Source of the DNA: a virus
Taxonomy: Duplodnaviria; Caudoviricetes
Length of the DNA stretch: 64,000 nt
Virus record (IMG/VR): IMGVR_UViG_3300020450_000008
Reading direction: 5' to 3' (one strand)
Both the position numbers and the translations under genes were made by a program. This document shows positions 9,279-18,335 of this stretch, one piece after another; the stretch's first letter is position 1, and each line of letters opens with the position of its first letter. The notes below the pieces were generated by a model, which made no database searches, was not told the DNA's origin, and saw only the letters and a program-made list of their open reading frames with translations.

Positions 9279-10006
9279 CAAATTATGTTTTCGATGTGGA
9301 TGGAACACTTACACGTAGTAGGGGAAGAATAAATGAAGGATTTAGAAGATTCTTCTTAAAATTTATTCAAGATCATAAAGTATATCTTGTTACTGGAAGT
9401 GACTACTATAAGACAGTAGAACAAGTTAGTCGTGAGGTCACTGAATCAGTTGAAAAGGTATTTAATTGTTCTGGGAATAGTGTTTGGAGAAAAGGTTTAA
9501 ATATTCAAAAAACGGATTGGAGTATTCCTATGGAAGTAAAGGACTGGCTTAAAAAGAAACTTAATGAAAGTAAGTTTGATTTAAGAACTGGAAATCATAT
9601 AGAAGAGCGACCAGGACTTGTAAACTTTAGTACCATAGGTAGAGGCTGCAACTTAGAACAAAGACAATCGTATGTAAAGTTTGATAGCATACATGAAGAA
9701 AGAGAAAAGATTACAAAAGAATTTAATGATAAATTTAAAGATATTACTGCTCAGGTTGCTGGAGAAACTGGGATAGATATTATACCAGCTGGAAAAGATA
9801 AAAGACAAGTAGCATTTATGATTGATGGACCTATAACATTTTTTGGTGATAAAATGAAATATGGAGGAAATGATTATCCATTGAAATTTGCCATAGAAGG
9901 TCGTGCTGATTCAGGTGCTATAGAAGTTAAAGATTGGGAACAAACGCATAGATACTTACAACAAATACAAATTTTCAGTTTACAAGAAGCTGTCGGTATG
10001 GTATAA
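9275..10006 (+). CDS. HAD-family phosphomannomutase-like protein (start at ATG 9275)
   Basis: FDVDGTLT, LVTGSD, HIEERPGLVNFS, FFGDKMKYGGNDYPL; ATGA overlap with gp43. Confidence 0.8.
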   Translation: MTNYVFDVDGTLTRSRGRINEGFRRFFLKFIQDHKVYLVTGSDYYKTVEQVSREVTESVEKVFNCSGNSVWRKGLNIQKTDWSIPMEVKDWLKKKLNESKFDLRTGNHIEERPGLVNFSTIGRGCNLEQRQSYVKFDSIHEEREKITKEFNDKFKDITAQVAGETGIDIIPAGKDKRQVAFMIDGPITFFGDKMKYGGNDYPLKFAIEGRADSGAIEVKDWEQTHRYLQQIQIFSLQEAVGMV

Positions 10007-10007
10007 T
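9979..10007 (+). promoter_or_regulatory. Early promoter
   Basis: TTTACA-N17-TATAAT. Confidence 0.7.
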
Positions 10008-10027
10008 ATACTTGGAAGGATAAAATT

Positions 10028-10441
10028 ATGAGTACACATTGGTCAAAAGATATTAGTGATATGCATCAAAAGTTTGGTGTTAATAAATGGTTTACTAAAA
10101 ATAAATCAAACAAAGAGATTATGAAAAAATATCTTATGTTTCGAATGCTTATGTTAAATGAAGAACTACATGAAACGATGCAAGCTGTAAATAGTGAAAA
10201 CCCAGAAGAAATAGTAGATGGTTTGATAGACATATGTGTATTTGCAATAGGTACTCTCAATGTTTTAGAAGTTGATGCTGATAAAGCTTGGGATGCCATA
10301 CATAATGCAAACATGGCAAAAGAACCTGGCGTAAAAGCTGGTAGACCTAATCCTTTCGGTATGCCAGATCTATTAAAGCCAGAAGGTTGGAAAGGACCTG
10401 ATCATAGCGACAATCATGGAAGTATCAGCGACATTCTTTAA
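10028..10441 (+). CDS. MazG-like all-alpha NTP pyrophosphohydrolase (candidate dCTPase/dUTPase)
   Basis: EELHE...EEIVDGLID acidic helices; ANMAK, DLLKPEGWKGP. Confidence 0.75.
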   Translation: MSTHWSKDISDMHQKFGVNKWFTKNKSNKEIMKKYLMFRMLMLNEELHETMQAVNSENPEEIVDGLIDICVFAIGTLNVLEVDADKAWDAIHNANMAKEPGVKAGRPNPFGMPDLLKPEGWKGPDHSDNHGSISDIL

Positions 10442-11345
10442 ATCAATATACGATAATAAAACACATCGTAGAATGGATTTCCCAAACTTTCCTAAGTTTG
10501 AGGAGTTCCTATATAAATTATCTGAAAGAAAACTTGGAGGCAAAAATGATGCAGAACTTATGTGTCCAGCTACGTTCACTAAAGATACTACCCGAGCCAA
10601 TAGAAACGTATTGGATTGGGCAGGCTGGGCTGCTGTTGATGTTGACGATTATGAATTCAAAGGGGATATAAAAGATGCTTTACGCGATACAATTGGCTCT
10701 TTCCATTACATTTGTTATAGTACTGCTAGCAGCCGAGAAAGTCTTCCAAAGTTTCGTATTGTCTTTCCAACTCGAGAAAGAATTGGAGCAGGCAACATCA
10801 GAGCTTTCTGGTATGCTCTCAACTCAAAGCTCGAGTCAATTGGTGATAAACAAACTAAGGACCTCTCACGCATGTATTATACTCCTGCTACGTATAATGG
10901 CGCTTTCAACTTTATCTTTACTAATGCTGGCTCTATTTTAAATCCAGCTGATCTAATAGAAAAATATCCATACGTTGAGAAAAATACAGGTAAAACATTC
11001 TTGGATAGATTACCCGAAGCTTTACAAAAGCAAATAATACAACATCGTAAAGATAAAGCTGAAAATAGAGATATACGATGGAATCATTACAGTGATTGTC
11101 CGTTCTGGCCACAAAGACTCGCATCAGAATACAAAGTAATAAGTAACACAGGTTGGTATCATAAGATGTATCAAATTATGGTTGCCACTGCAAGTAAAGC
11201 AATTCAAAGAGAATATCCTATTACATCTACAGAGATATCAGAAATGTGTAAAGCATTTGATGCTGATAATGGTAATTGGTACCAGAATAGACCTATTGAT
11301 AAAGAAGCGGATAGAGCAATTGAATATGCATATAAAAATATGTAA
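10416..11345 (+). CDS. Primase/PrimPol-like (AEP-type) protein
   Basis: AVDVDD (DxD), YSTASS, KFRIVFP, KDLSRMYY; helical C-terminal domain. Confidence 0.55.
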   Translation: MEVSATFFKSIYDNKTHRRMDFPNFPKFEEFLYKLSERKLGGKNDAELMCPATFTKDTTRANRNVLDWAGWAAVDVDDYEFKGDIKDALRDTIGSFHYICYSTASSRESLPKFRIVFPTRERIGAGNIRAFWYALNSKLESIGDKQTKDLSRMYYTPATYNGAFNFIFTNAGSILNPADLIEKYPYVEKNTGKTFLDRLPEALQKQIIQHRKDKAENRDIRWNHYSDCPFWPQRLASEYKVISNTGWYHKMYQIMVATASKAIQREYPITSTEISEMCKAFDADNGNWYQNRPIDKEADRAIEYAYKNM

Positions 11346-11352
11346 AAAAGTA

Positions 11353-11381
11353 TTTACTTTTGTCAAAAAGTTTGTTATAAT
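11353..11381 (+). promoter_or_regulatory. Early promoter
   Basis: TTTACT-N17-TATAAT. Confidence 0.75.
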
Positions 11382-11403
11382 AGAATTAGAATGGAGGTAA
11401 AAA

Positions 11404-11772
11404 ATGAAAGAATCAGTTAAAGTTTTACAAGAATGCGCTCAAATGCAAACTAAAAAATCAGCTGACTATCAAAGCGATGAGTCAAGTGTATTACAAGCAA
11501 TGCACTATCGTCGTGGCGTTGATACAATACACGATATTATAGTTGGCAAACTTATGCGTGCTACATCATTACTTGAATCAGGCAACTCACCAAACTTTGA
11601 ATCACTTGAAGATAGTTATAAAGATATGATTAATTATGCATCATTTGCAGTATCTTATATGCGTGGTAAGATGGAAGGCCAAAGACAAGATCGTGATATG
11701 TTTAATAAACCAATTGACCCATCAGCGACAGTTGAAATTGTTGAAGAACCAATTGAGGCGCATGACGAATAA
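11404..11772 (+). CDS. Nucleotide-modification-associated domain (Nmad1/DUF1599-like)
   Basis: KKSADY...K..R...ESLEDSYKDMINY pattern. Confidence 0.6.
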   Translation: MKESVKVLQECAQMQTKKSADYQSDESSVLQAMHYRRGVDTIHDIIVGKLMRATSLLESGNSPNFESLEDSYKDMINYASFAVSYMRGKMEGQRQDRDMFNKPIDPSATVEIVEEPIEAHDE

Positions 11773-12005
11773 TGGCCGGAGCAATCAATACACCTTTAAG
11801 ACAACTTATTATGGATTGGAGTGCATGCCAATTGTTAGAGAAAGATCCTGATAATATTGTTCTTAAAAAACTTAGATCTTGGGAGCATCCTGAAACAATA
11901 GAACTAAATAAACTATTAACACAATTTGAAAAAGATGGAAAATATCCAGAACACTATAATTTAGACTGGGGTTCAATTAATTATGAAGAGTTTATAAAAG
12001 AATGA
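11772..12005 (+). CDS. Hypothetical protein
   Basis: Coupled ORF in operon. Confidence 0.5.
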   Translation: MAGAINTPLRQLIMDWSACQLLEKDPDNIVLKKLRSWEHPETIELNKLLTQFEKDGKYPEHYNLDWGSINYEEFIKE

Positions 12006-12349
12006 AAGCTGGAAAGATATGGGGTCAAACAGAACTAATCCATGCAAATGGTGTTCTAGAGTTTCATCGCATTGAATATAAAAAAGGCTTTAAATGTTCA
12101 GAGCATGAACATCAATTTAAATGGAATGGATTCTATGTTGAGTCCGGACAAATGCTTGTAAGAGTCTGGCAAGACGATCAAGAAGGATTAGTTGATGAAA
12201 CTATATTAAATCCTGGAGACTTTACGCAAGTGAAACCTGGCAAGATTCATCAGTTCGAAGGACTTGAAGATGGAATTGCATTTGAACTTTATTGGGCTGA
12301 ATTCAATCACAACGATATAGTTCGAAGAACTGTAGGAACAAAAGTATGA
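12002..12349 (+). CDS. Cupin (sugar isomerase-like)
   Basis: KIWG, CSEHEHQFKWNGFYVESG, PGKIHQF. Confidence 0.8.
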   Translation: MKAGKIWGQTELIHANGVLEFHRIEYKKGFKCSEHEHQFKWNGFYVESGQMLVRVWQDDQEGLVDETILNPGDFTQVKPGKIHQFEGLEDGIAFELYWAEFNHNDIVRRTVGTKV

Positions 12350-12537
12350 TATATGGTTGGATATTGATAATGATAACTCTACATCCTGATGGATCATTAG
12401 ACGGTGGAGCAATAGATTATTTTAACACTTACCCAGAGTGTTTTGAAGTAATGAAAGAAATGTCGGTTACAGGTCAAGGAACAGGTTATACCTGTGTAGA
12501 TGACTATGTAGATATGAGTGGAGATATAGAACAGTGA
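12346..12537 (+). CDS. Small hypothetical protein
   Basis: Coupled ORF with two Cys. Confidence 0.45.
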   Translation: MIYGWILIMITLHPDGSLDGGAIDYFNTYPECFEVMKEMSVTGQGTGYTCVDDYVDMSGDIEQ

Positions 12538-12950
12538 GAATTGGATTTACCTGCAGTACCTTTGATTTACTTCATGCAGGCCATGTCATGATGTTAAGAG
12601 AAGCGAAAGCCCAATGTGATTATTTAATATGCGGACTGCAGGTAGATCCAAGTATAGACAGGCCAGAAAAGAATTCTCCTATACAATCTATTGTAGAAAG
12701 AGAAGCTCAATTATCAGCAATAAAATATGTTGATGAGGTGATTATTTATTGTACAGAAGATGATTTATGTGATATAATTAATATGTACCCAATTGATATT
12801 AGAATATTAGGCGAAGAGTATAGAGATAGAGACTTTACTGGTAAAGATGAATGTAAGAAAAGAGGTATTCAACTTTATTTCAATAAAAGAGAACATAGGT
12901 TTAGTACTTCAGATTTAAGGAAAAGAGTGTGCGAAAAGACGACATTATAG
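12534..12950 (+). CDS. Glycerol-3-phosphate cytidylyltransferase (TagD)-like nucleotidyltransferase
   Basis: GFTCSTFDLLHAGH (HxGH), YLICGL, LGEEY, STS motif. Confidence 0.88.
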   Translation: MRIGFTCSTFDLLHAGHVMMLREAKAQCDYLICGLQVDPSIDRPEKNSPIQSIVEREAQLSAIKYVDEVIIYCTEDDLCDIINMYPIDIRILGEEYRDRDFTGKDECKKRGIQLYFNKREHRFSTSDLRKRVCEKTTL

Positions 12951-13138
12951 ATCTAGGCATAGACTTAGGCGAACCAGACTTTACAACTAAAAATGATAGG
13001 CCAGGATTTATTAGTAGCAGTGGTTGGCCAGTTCGTAGAGAAATAACAAAGTTAAATGACAATATGAAAATTATGGTCAAGCAAATGAGTAAATTAAAAA
13101 AACAAATAAGTAAACTAGAGAAGAAACTAAATGGATAA
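12929..13138 (+). CDS. Hypothetical protein
   Basis: Coupled ORF with coiled-coil C-terminus. Confidence 0.45.
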   Translation: MRKDDIIDLGIDLGEPDFTTKNDRPGFISSSGWPVRREITKLNDNMKIMVKQMSKLKKQISKLEKKLNG

Positions 13139-13838
13139 TATTGTGGAAAATTTAACATGGGCAAAAGTAAAACATATTCGTCAGCATTTTAGAGATGAAT
13201 TAAACAAAGAAGTATTTACTATTGATAAAACTGGTCAAAAGACTATTGAAATGATTGGTGCATCTTTTGTTGCTGATGAATCAGCAATATTTGGTACTCC
13301 TAATCGAGAATATATTGATGCAGAAATAGATTGGTACAATAGTAGATCTACAAATATAAATGAAATATTTGGAATCACAAAAGCACCACCACAAGCTTGG
13401 CAATATTCAGCTAATAAGTTTGGTGAGATCAACTCTAATTATGGCCACTTAATCTTTAGTGAAAAATTTTATAATCAATATTTACATGTTGTAGAAGAAT
13501 TAATAAATAATCCTGATAGTCGTAGAGCCGCAATGATTTACAATCGTCCTTCAATATGGCTTGAATATAATGAAGACGGTAAGAATGATTTTATCTGTAC
13601 TAATGCTGTTACATACTATATACGTAATAGAAGATTAGATGCTGTAGTTCAAATGAGATCTAACGATGTGGTATATGGCTATAAAAATGATTATGCCTGG
13701 CAACAATACGTTATGAAACAACTTATTGAAGATATAAATGTTCAAAGACCCGATGATGATCAAGTCTTTAAAGGTTTTATGCATTGGCAGGTTCAAAACT
13801 TACATGTGTATGAAAGGCACTTTGATTTAGTACAATGA
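13131..13838 (+). CDS. gp42: dCMP hydroxymethylase (thymidylate synthase fold)
   Basis: Collinear with T4 gp42: DKTG.KTIE.IGASFVADE, GEINSNYG, NPDSRR, DF.CTN, MRSNDVV.G.KNDYAWQ, LHVYERHF. Confidence 0.9.
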   Translation: MDNIVENLTWAKVKHIRQHFRDELNKEVFTIDKTGQKTIEMIGASFVADESAIFGTPNREYIDAEIDWYNSRSTNINEIFGITKAPPQAWQYSANKFGEINSNYGHLIFSEKFYNQYLHVVEELINNPDSRRAAMIYNRPSIWLEYNEDGKNDFICTNAVTYYIRNRRLDAVVQMRSNDVVYGYKNDYAWQQYVMKQLIEDINVQRPDDDQVFKGFMHWQVQNLHVYERHFDLVQ

Positions 13839-14383
13839 GTCAATTATTTAAAGATCCAAAAAAACCAGCATTATTTGCAGATATGAATGATCCTGTTCTT
13901 AACGCGACATATAAAACAATGAATATTATTGGAGTCGATCCTGAAAAGAAATGGGATGTAAGATATATTGAACTAGCCTACAAAGTAAGTGAATGGTCAA
14001 AAGATCCATCAACAAAGATAGGATGTGTGGTTGTAGGAAATAAGGGACAGGTATTGACTCAAGGATACAACGGTTTTCCTCGTGGTATTGATGACTCAAA
14101 TGAAAGACTTACAGATAGAGAAACTAAATTGAAATACGTTGTTCATGGAGAAATGAACGCGATATATAATGCTTGTTATAATGGAATATCTCTTGAAGGA
14201 AGTACCATGTATGTTACTGGTCTTCCAACATGCTCTGATTGCGCCAAGGGTGTAATACAAGTAGGTGTTAAAAGAGTTGTCTGGCCTAAAGAACTTGAAA
14301 ATGTTGAAGACAGATGGAAAGAATCTGTTAAATTAACTATGTCTATGTTCGATGAAGCTGGAGTAGAGTATGAGTTCATCTAA
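13835..14383 (+). CDS. cd: dCMP deaminase
   Basis: SKDPSTKIG, GYNGFPRG, HGEMNAI, PTCSDC zinc ligands. Confidence 0.9.
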   Translation: MSQLFKDPKKPALFADMNDPVLNATYKTMNIIGVDPEKKWDVRYIELAYKVSEWSKDPSTKIGCVVVGNKGQVLTQGYNGFPRGIDDSNERLTDRETKLKYVVHGEMNAIYNACYNGISLEGSTMYVTGLPTCSDCAKGVIQVGVKRVVWPKELENVEDRWKESVKLTMSMFDEAGVEYEFI

Positions 14384-15287
14384 TGCTCAAACAAATTTAA
14401 GTCGACTTAAATTAGCAGCAGATAAACCTAAAACTGTTGTAGCTTCTGATTGGAAAAGGTATTATAGTCGGTATGTTGACAGGGCTTTCGCAAGAACAAT
14501 CAATATTGATACATCTACACGTTGCTTGATGCAATGTCCTTTTTGCTCTCGCCAAAATTTTGCAACTGGTAAACTGCACATCAAAACAAATAGAACGTTT
14601 TATGGAGATTTAACTCCAGAAAATGCTTTACAAATGGCTGATGCATTTGATCGTATAAGTTTTTGTGGTCAAATATCAGATCCAATATTTCATAAAAATT
14701 TATTCTCTATATTTGAAGCCTTAGATCAAGGTGCTGCTATTAGAACACTTGAGTTTCATACAGTTGCCTCTGGAAAAAAAATGGCTTGGTGGGAAAGAGT
14801 TTTCTCATATATGGAGAATGCAAAATATAAAACTGATTTTATCATAGGTATTGATGGAATTGATCAGAAAACAGCTTCTCATAGAATAGGACAAAACTTT
14901 GAAGAAGCATGGGAAGTCTTACGATATTTTGCTGATAATAAAAGAGATAATATAGATATCACCTGGCAGTTCATACCCTTTTTATATAATGAAGATGAAG
15001 TGTTAACTGCGGCAGAAACTGCTGTTTCATTAGGGATAAATTTATTACTTCTCAAATCATCTCGTCACGTTGGAGAGTATAAGACAAATACTGGAGATAA
15101 AAAATATGCTATAGGAGCTGATTTATACACTCAAGAAGAATTTGAAAAAAAATTTCAAGGTCATTTACCATTAGCTCCAACGAAATCATTTTTAAAATCA
15201 AATAATGGTATAACAAGTTTTAATGATGGATATATAAAAACAAAGGAAGATATAAAAGAATTAGAAAGAGTTTTAAATGAATCCTAA
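14370..15287 (+). CDS. Radical SAM protein
   Basis: CLMQCPFC (CxxxCxxC), FCGQISDP, IGIDG. Confidence 0.8.
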   Translation: MSSSNAQTNLSRLKLAADKPKTVVASDWKRYYSRYVDRAFARTINIDTSTRCLMQCPFCSRQNFATGKLHIKTNRTFYGDLTPENALQMADAFDRISFCGQISDPIFHKNLFSIFEALDQGAAIRTLEFHTVASGKKMAWWERVFSYMENAKYKTDFIIGIDGIDQKTASHRIGQNFEEAWEVLRYFADNKRDNIDITWQFIPFLYNEDEVLTAAETAVSLGINLLLLKSSRHVGEYKTNTGDKKYAIGADLYTQEEFEKKFQGHLPLAPTKSFLKSNNGITSFNDGYIKTKEDIKELERVLNES

Positions 15288-15858
15288 ACCTATTAGTTTT
15301 GAAATTGATCCAGTGTGTGTACCATTTGATAAAAATGGAGAAGAAAGAGAACAACAAAATTGCGTAGCCTTCGGTTCTCATGGTTGGTACATGCCATGCT
15401 GTTGGTGTGATCAGTTTCAAGATACTCGAAATAATTATATGGATATGTATTCTAAACATTTACATGCTTCAACTGGAATTACACCAAGAGAAGTCCTTGA
15501 ATCTCCAGAATGGCAAAATTTCTTTAAAGTTATTTTTGAAGACCCACAAAACTCTTCTCATGTTTGTCAAAAATATTGTGGTGTCATAAATTATGATGAT
15601 GGTACAAAAAGAAATGTCGTAGGATTTACTGATCAAGAAAGAAGAGATATGGGAAAAGATCTTGAATTTATCAAATTTTTTGAAGAAAATATGGAGAGCA
15701 ATAATAGTTACCAGTACTGGTGGGATTTTGTTCAAGATTATAGTGGTTGGTCAGCAAGAATGAAATCAAAAGCGTGGTTTAGATTTGGATATACAGGGAT
15801 AGGTAGGCTCGCAAAAATTAAAAGACTAGAGGATAATTTAAATGCAGCCAATGTCTGA
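15277..15858 (+). CDS. Stand-alone SPASM/Twitch-like Fe-S domain protein
   Basis: C...G..MPCCWCD...CQKYCG pattern, immediately after the radical SAM gene. Confidence 0.55.
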   Translation: MNPKPISFEIDPVCVPFDKNGEEREQQNCVAFGSHGWYMPCCWCDQFQDTRNNYMDMYSKHLHASTGITPREVLESPEWQNFFKVIFEDPQNSSHVCQKYCGVINYDDGTKRNVVGFTDQERRDMGKDLEFIKFFEENMESNNSYQYWWDFVQDYSGWSARMKSKAWFRFGYTGIGRLAKIKRLEDNLNAANV

Positions 15859-16180
15859 TAGTGCAGAACTCTTGATGCTCTCAAGTATATTTGCTGATCT
15901 TGAAGATGGAGAAACAAGAACAGAAAACATCAAAAGAAGAATAGATCTAATGCAAAAATTTGTTAGACCAACACCTACTCCAGCTAAAGTTGTGTCAACT
16001 CCATCTGAAAAGATGCAAGAAGAACTTGAACCTATTGCAGAACCAGAAGAAGAACAACAATTTAGTTTTTATAAAAAGGCAGATGCTGGTTCTGATTTAG
16101 TAGAACAACTCAGACAGAAAGAAATCATGAGAGCTGAACTTGCAGCTACTGTATCAAAAACCATGAAAAAATACAAATAA
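15842..16180 (+). CDS. Hypothetical protein
   Basis: ORF in operon. Confidence 0.5.
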   Translation: MQPMSDSAELLMLSSIFADLEDGETRTENIKRRIDLMQKFVRPTPTPAKVVSTPSEKMQEELEPIAEPEEEQQFSFYKKADAGSDLVEQLRQKEIMRAELAATVSKTMKKYK

Positions 16181-16184
16181 ACTG

Positions 16185-16213
16185 TTTACAAACTCTAAAA
16201 AATTTGTTATAAT
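16185..16213 (+). promoter_or_regulatory. Early promoter heading the UDG-like to epimerase unit
   Basis: TTTACA-N17-TATAAT. Confidence 0.75.
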
Positions 16214-16219
16214 ATTATT

Positions 16220-16594
16220 ATGAAAAAAATATTGATAGTTGGTCAAAATCCATCAGCTCAAAAGCCTAGAAAAAATTCTACATTTGATAGGTTAGATCAA
16301 TGGTGTAAAGAAATGAAAGTTGATGATTTTGATTTTATTAACTGTATTGATTCAGTTGGTGATTATAAAAAGCTAAATATCAATAAGACTAATATAGTAA
16401 ACTCAACTCAGAATCGTAAAAAGATTATAGCTCTTGGAAACTTTTCTTCAGAAACTCTGACTAAACTTGGGATAGATCATTTTAAGATGCCACATCCCTC
16501 TCCAAGAAATAGAAAACTTAATGATAAAGAGTTTGAGAAAAAAATGATTAATGAGTGTAAAAGTTATTTGAACGAAACCTGTGAGCTACTCTGA
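16220..16594 (+). CDS. Minimal uracil-DNA glycosylase superfamily protein
   Basis: ILIVGQNPS motif A, IIALG, MPHPSPRN motif B. Confidence 0.7.
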   Translation: MKKILIVGQNPSAQKPRKNSTFDRLDQWCKEMKVDDFDFINCIDSVGDYKKLNINKTNIVNSTQNRKKIIALGNFSSETLTKLGIDHFKMPHPSPRNRKLNDKEFEKKMINECKSYLNETCELL

Positions 16595-16640
16595 TCCAGT
16601 CAAATATCTCACGTTAATAAACTGATATAAAGGAGAAAAT

Positions 16641-17936
16641 ATGTCAAAAATTAAAGTCGGCATTGTCGGTGTCGGAAACTGTGCTAAGTCTCTCGTCGAG
16701 GGAATTCAATACTACAACTCAAATCCAGAAGATAAAGTAGGACTTATGTATGATGATATTGGTGGTTATACAACTACTGATATAGAATTCGTAGTCGGTT
16801 TTGATGTAGATCGTCGTAAAGTAAATCGTCCATTAACAGAAGCTTTAAGAGCCGCTCCAAACTGCGCTATGGATCATGTTGGAGAAATATTAGAAGTCGG
16901 TGCAAACACTCCAGGCTGTGTAGCTTCAGGAGCTATGGTATATTCTGGACCAGAACTAGATGGTATCGCACCATGGATGCTTGAATATCCTAAAGAAGTT
17001 TCATTTAGAACTGGAGCTGAAGCGGCAAAATCTTATGATGATATTGTAGACATAATTAAAAAGACTAAAGTTGATGTTCTGATTAATTATTTACCAGTTG
17101 GTACAGAAAAAGGGTCTAGATTTTATATGGATGCTGCATTAGACGCTGGTGTTCATTTTGTTAATTGTATTCCAACTCTTATATCAACTAAAGAAACTAT
17201 GGAGATAGAACAAAAGTTTATCAACAAAGGATTGACTATTGTTGGATCTGATATGAGATCCGCTTGGGGAGCTTCAAGAATGTCAGAAGTACTTCAAGGT
17301 GCTATGATAGATTCAGGACTAATGGTTACACAACATATACAGATGAATATGGCCGCTGGTTCTACTCAAGGTCAAGAAAATATACGAACAGGTAGAACAG
17401 CTAATACTGATTTTCTTAACATGGCAGAAAAATCTCGATTGCATAATAAACATGTATCAAAAGAAAATGTTTTGAAAGGTCAAAATATAGTACGTAATGA
17501 ACCTACAGCAGGTGCAACACTTTATGCTGGTCCATCTCTTACAGTATTTCAAAAGCCAGGTGGACAATATGTAGGTAGTGATAATAAAATAGCTAACTTC
17601 GATATTGTTGCTTATGGTTTTGGTGGGGCTAGATATGAAATGTCAGCTAGATTATCAGTACAAGACTCTCCAAACTCTGGTGGTGTTGTAGTATCTGCAA
17701 TCAGGTTCTGCAAAGTTGCATCTGAAATGAGCATTGTTGGTTATCTTAGAGGTCCATCAGCATGGACTCAAAAAACTCCTCCACTTCAGTTATCTACATC
17801 TGATTCAAAATTTGAATGTGATGCTTTGGCAAGACGTACTCTTACAAAATTAACTGAAGCTCAATTAAAAGTAAATAAACCAAAAGCAAAAAGTCTACCA
17901 TATACATTCCAAGCTGGAGAAACAGATTATGAGTAG
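16641..17936 (+). CDS. ino1: Myo-inositol-1-phosphate synthase
   Basis: VGIVGVGNCAKSLVEG, VLINYLPVG, FVNCIP, TANTDFLNM, DSPNSGGVV. Confidence 0.9.
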   Translation: MSKIKVGIVGVGNCAKSLVEGIQYYNSNPEDKVGLMYDDIGGYTTTDIEFVVGFDVDRRKVNRPLTEALRAAPNCAMDHVGEILEVGANTPGCVASGAMVYSGPELDGIAPWMLEYPKEVSFRTGAEAAKSYDDIVDIIKKTKVDVLINYLPVGTEKGSRFYMDAALDAGVHFVNCIPTLISTKETMEIEQKFINKGLTIVGSDMRSAWGASRMSEVLQGAMIDSGLMVTQHIQMNMAAGSTQGQENIRTGRTANTDFLNMAEKSRLHNKHVSKENVLKGQNIVRNEPTAGATLYAGPSLTVFQKPGGQYVGSDNKIANFDIVAYGFGGARYEMSARLSVQDSPNSGGVVVSAIRFCKVASEMSIVGYLRGPSAWTQKTPPLQLSTSDSKFECDALARRTLTKLTEAQLKVNKPKAKSLPYTFQAGETDYE

Positions 17937-18333
17937 AGAACCTTTTGAGCCTTGGAAAAACATTCCTCAAAAGACTATAAATTCATATGATATCGATGGC
18001 GTTATATACATGGGTGACTATGATGGATTAAGGCCAGGACCTGATGATATCGTAATTACTGGTAGATCTATTTGTACCGAAGAAGAAACTAAAAAAATGC
18101 TTCTTAAAAAAGGTATAACTAATCCTTTATACATGAATTTTAAAGACAAAGACTATAATAATAGAGAACAATCTGGATTTCATAAAGGTTGGACTTTATT
18201 TCATCTTGAGCAGCTGGGGTATCATATTGGAATCCATTATGATGATGATATGATTCAAATCGAAAAGATAAATGAAATGATGCCGCATATTCATTGCGTT
18301 CATGTAAAACACGAACTTGTACCAAAGGAGTAA
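17929..18333 (+). CDS. Small HAD-family phosphatase
   Basis: YDIDGVI motif I, ITGRS motif II, K, YDDD motif IV. Confidence 0.75.
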   Translation: MSREPFEPWKNIPQKTINSYDIDGVIYMGDYDGLRPGPDDIVITGRSICTEEETKKMLLKKGITNPLYMNFKDKDYNNREQSGFHKGWTLFHLEQLGYHIGIHYDDDMIQIEKINEMMPHIHCVHVKHELVPKE

Positions 18334-18335
18334 AC

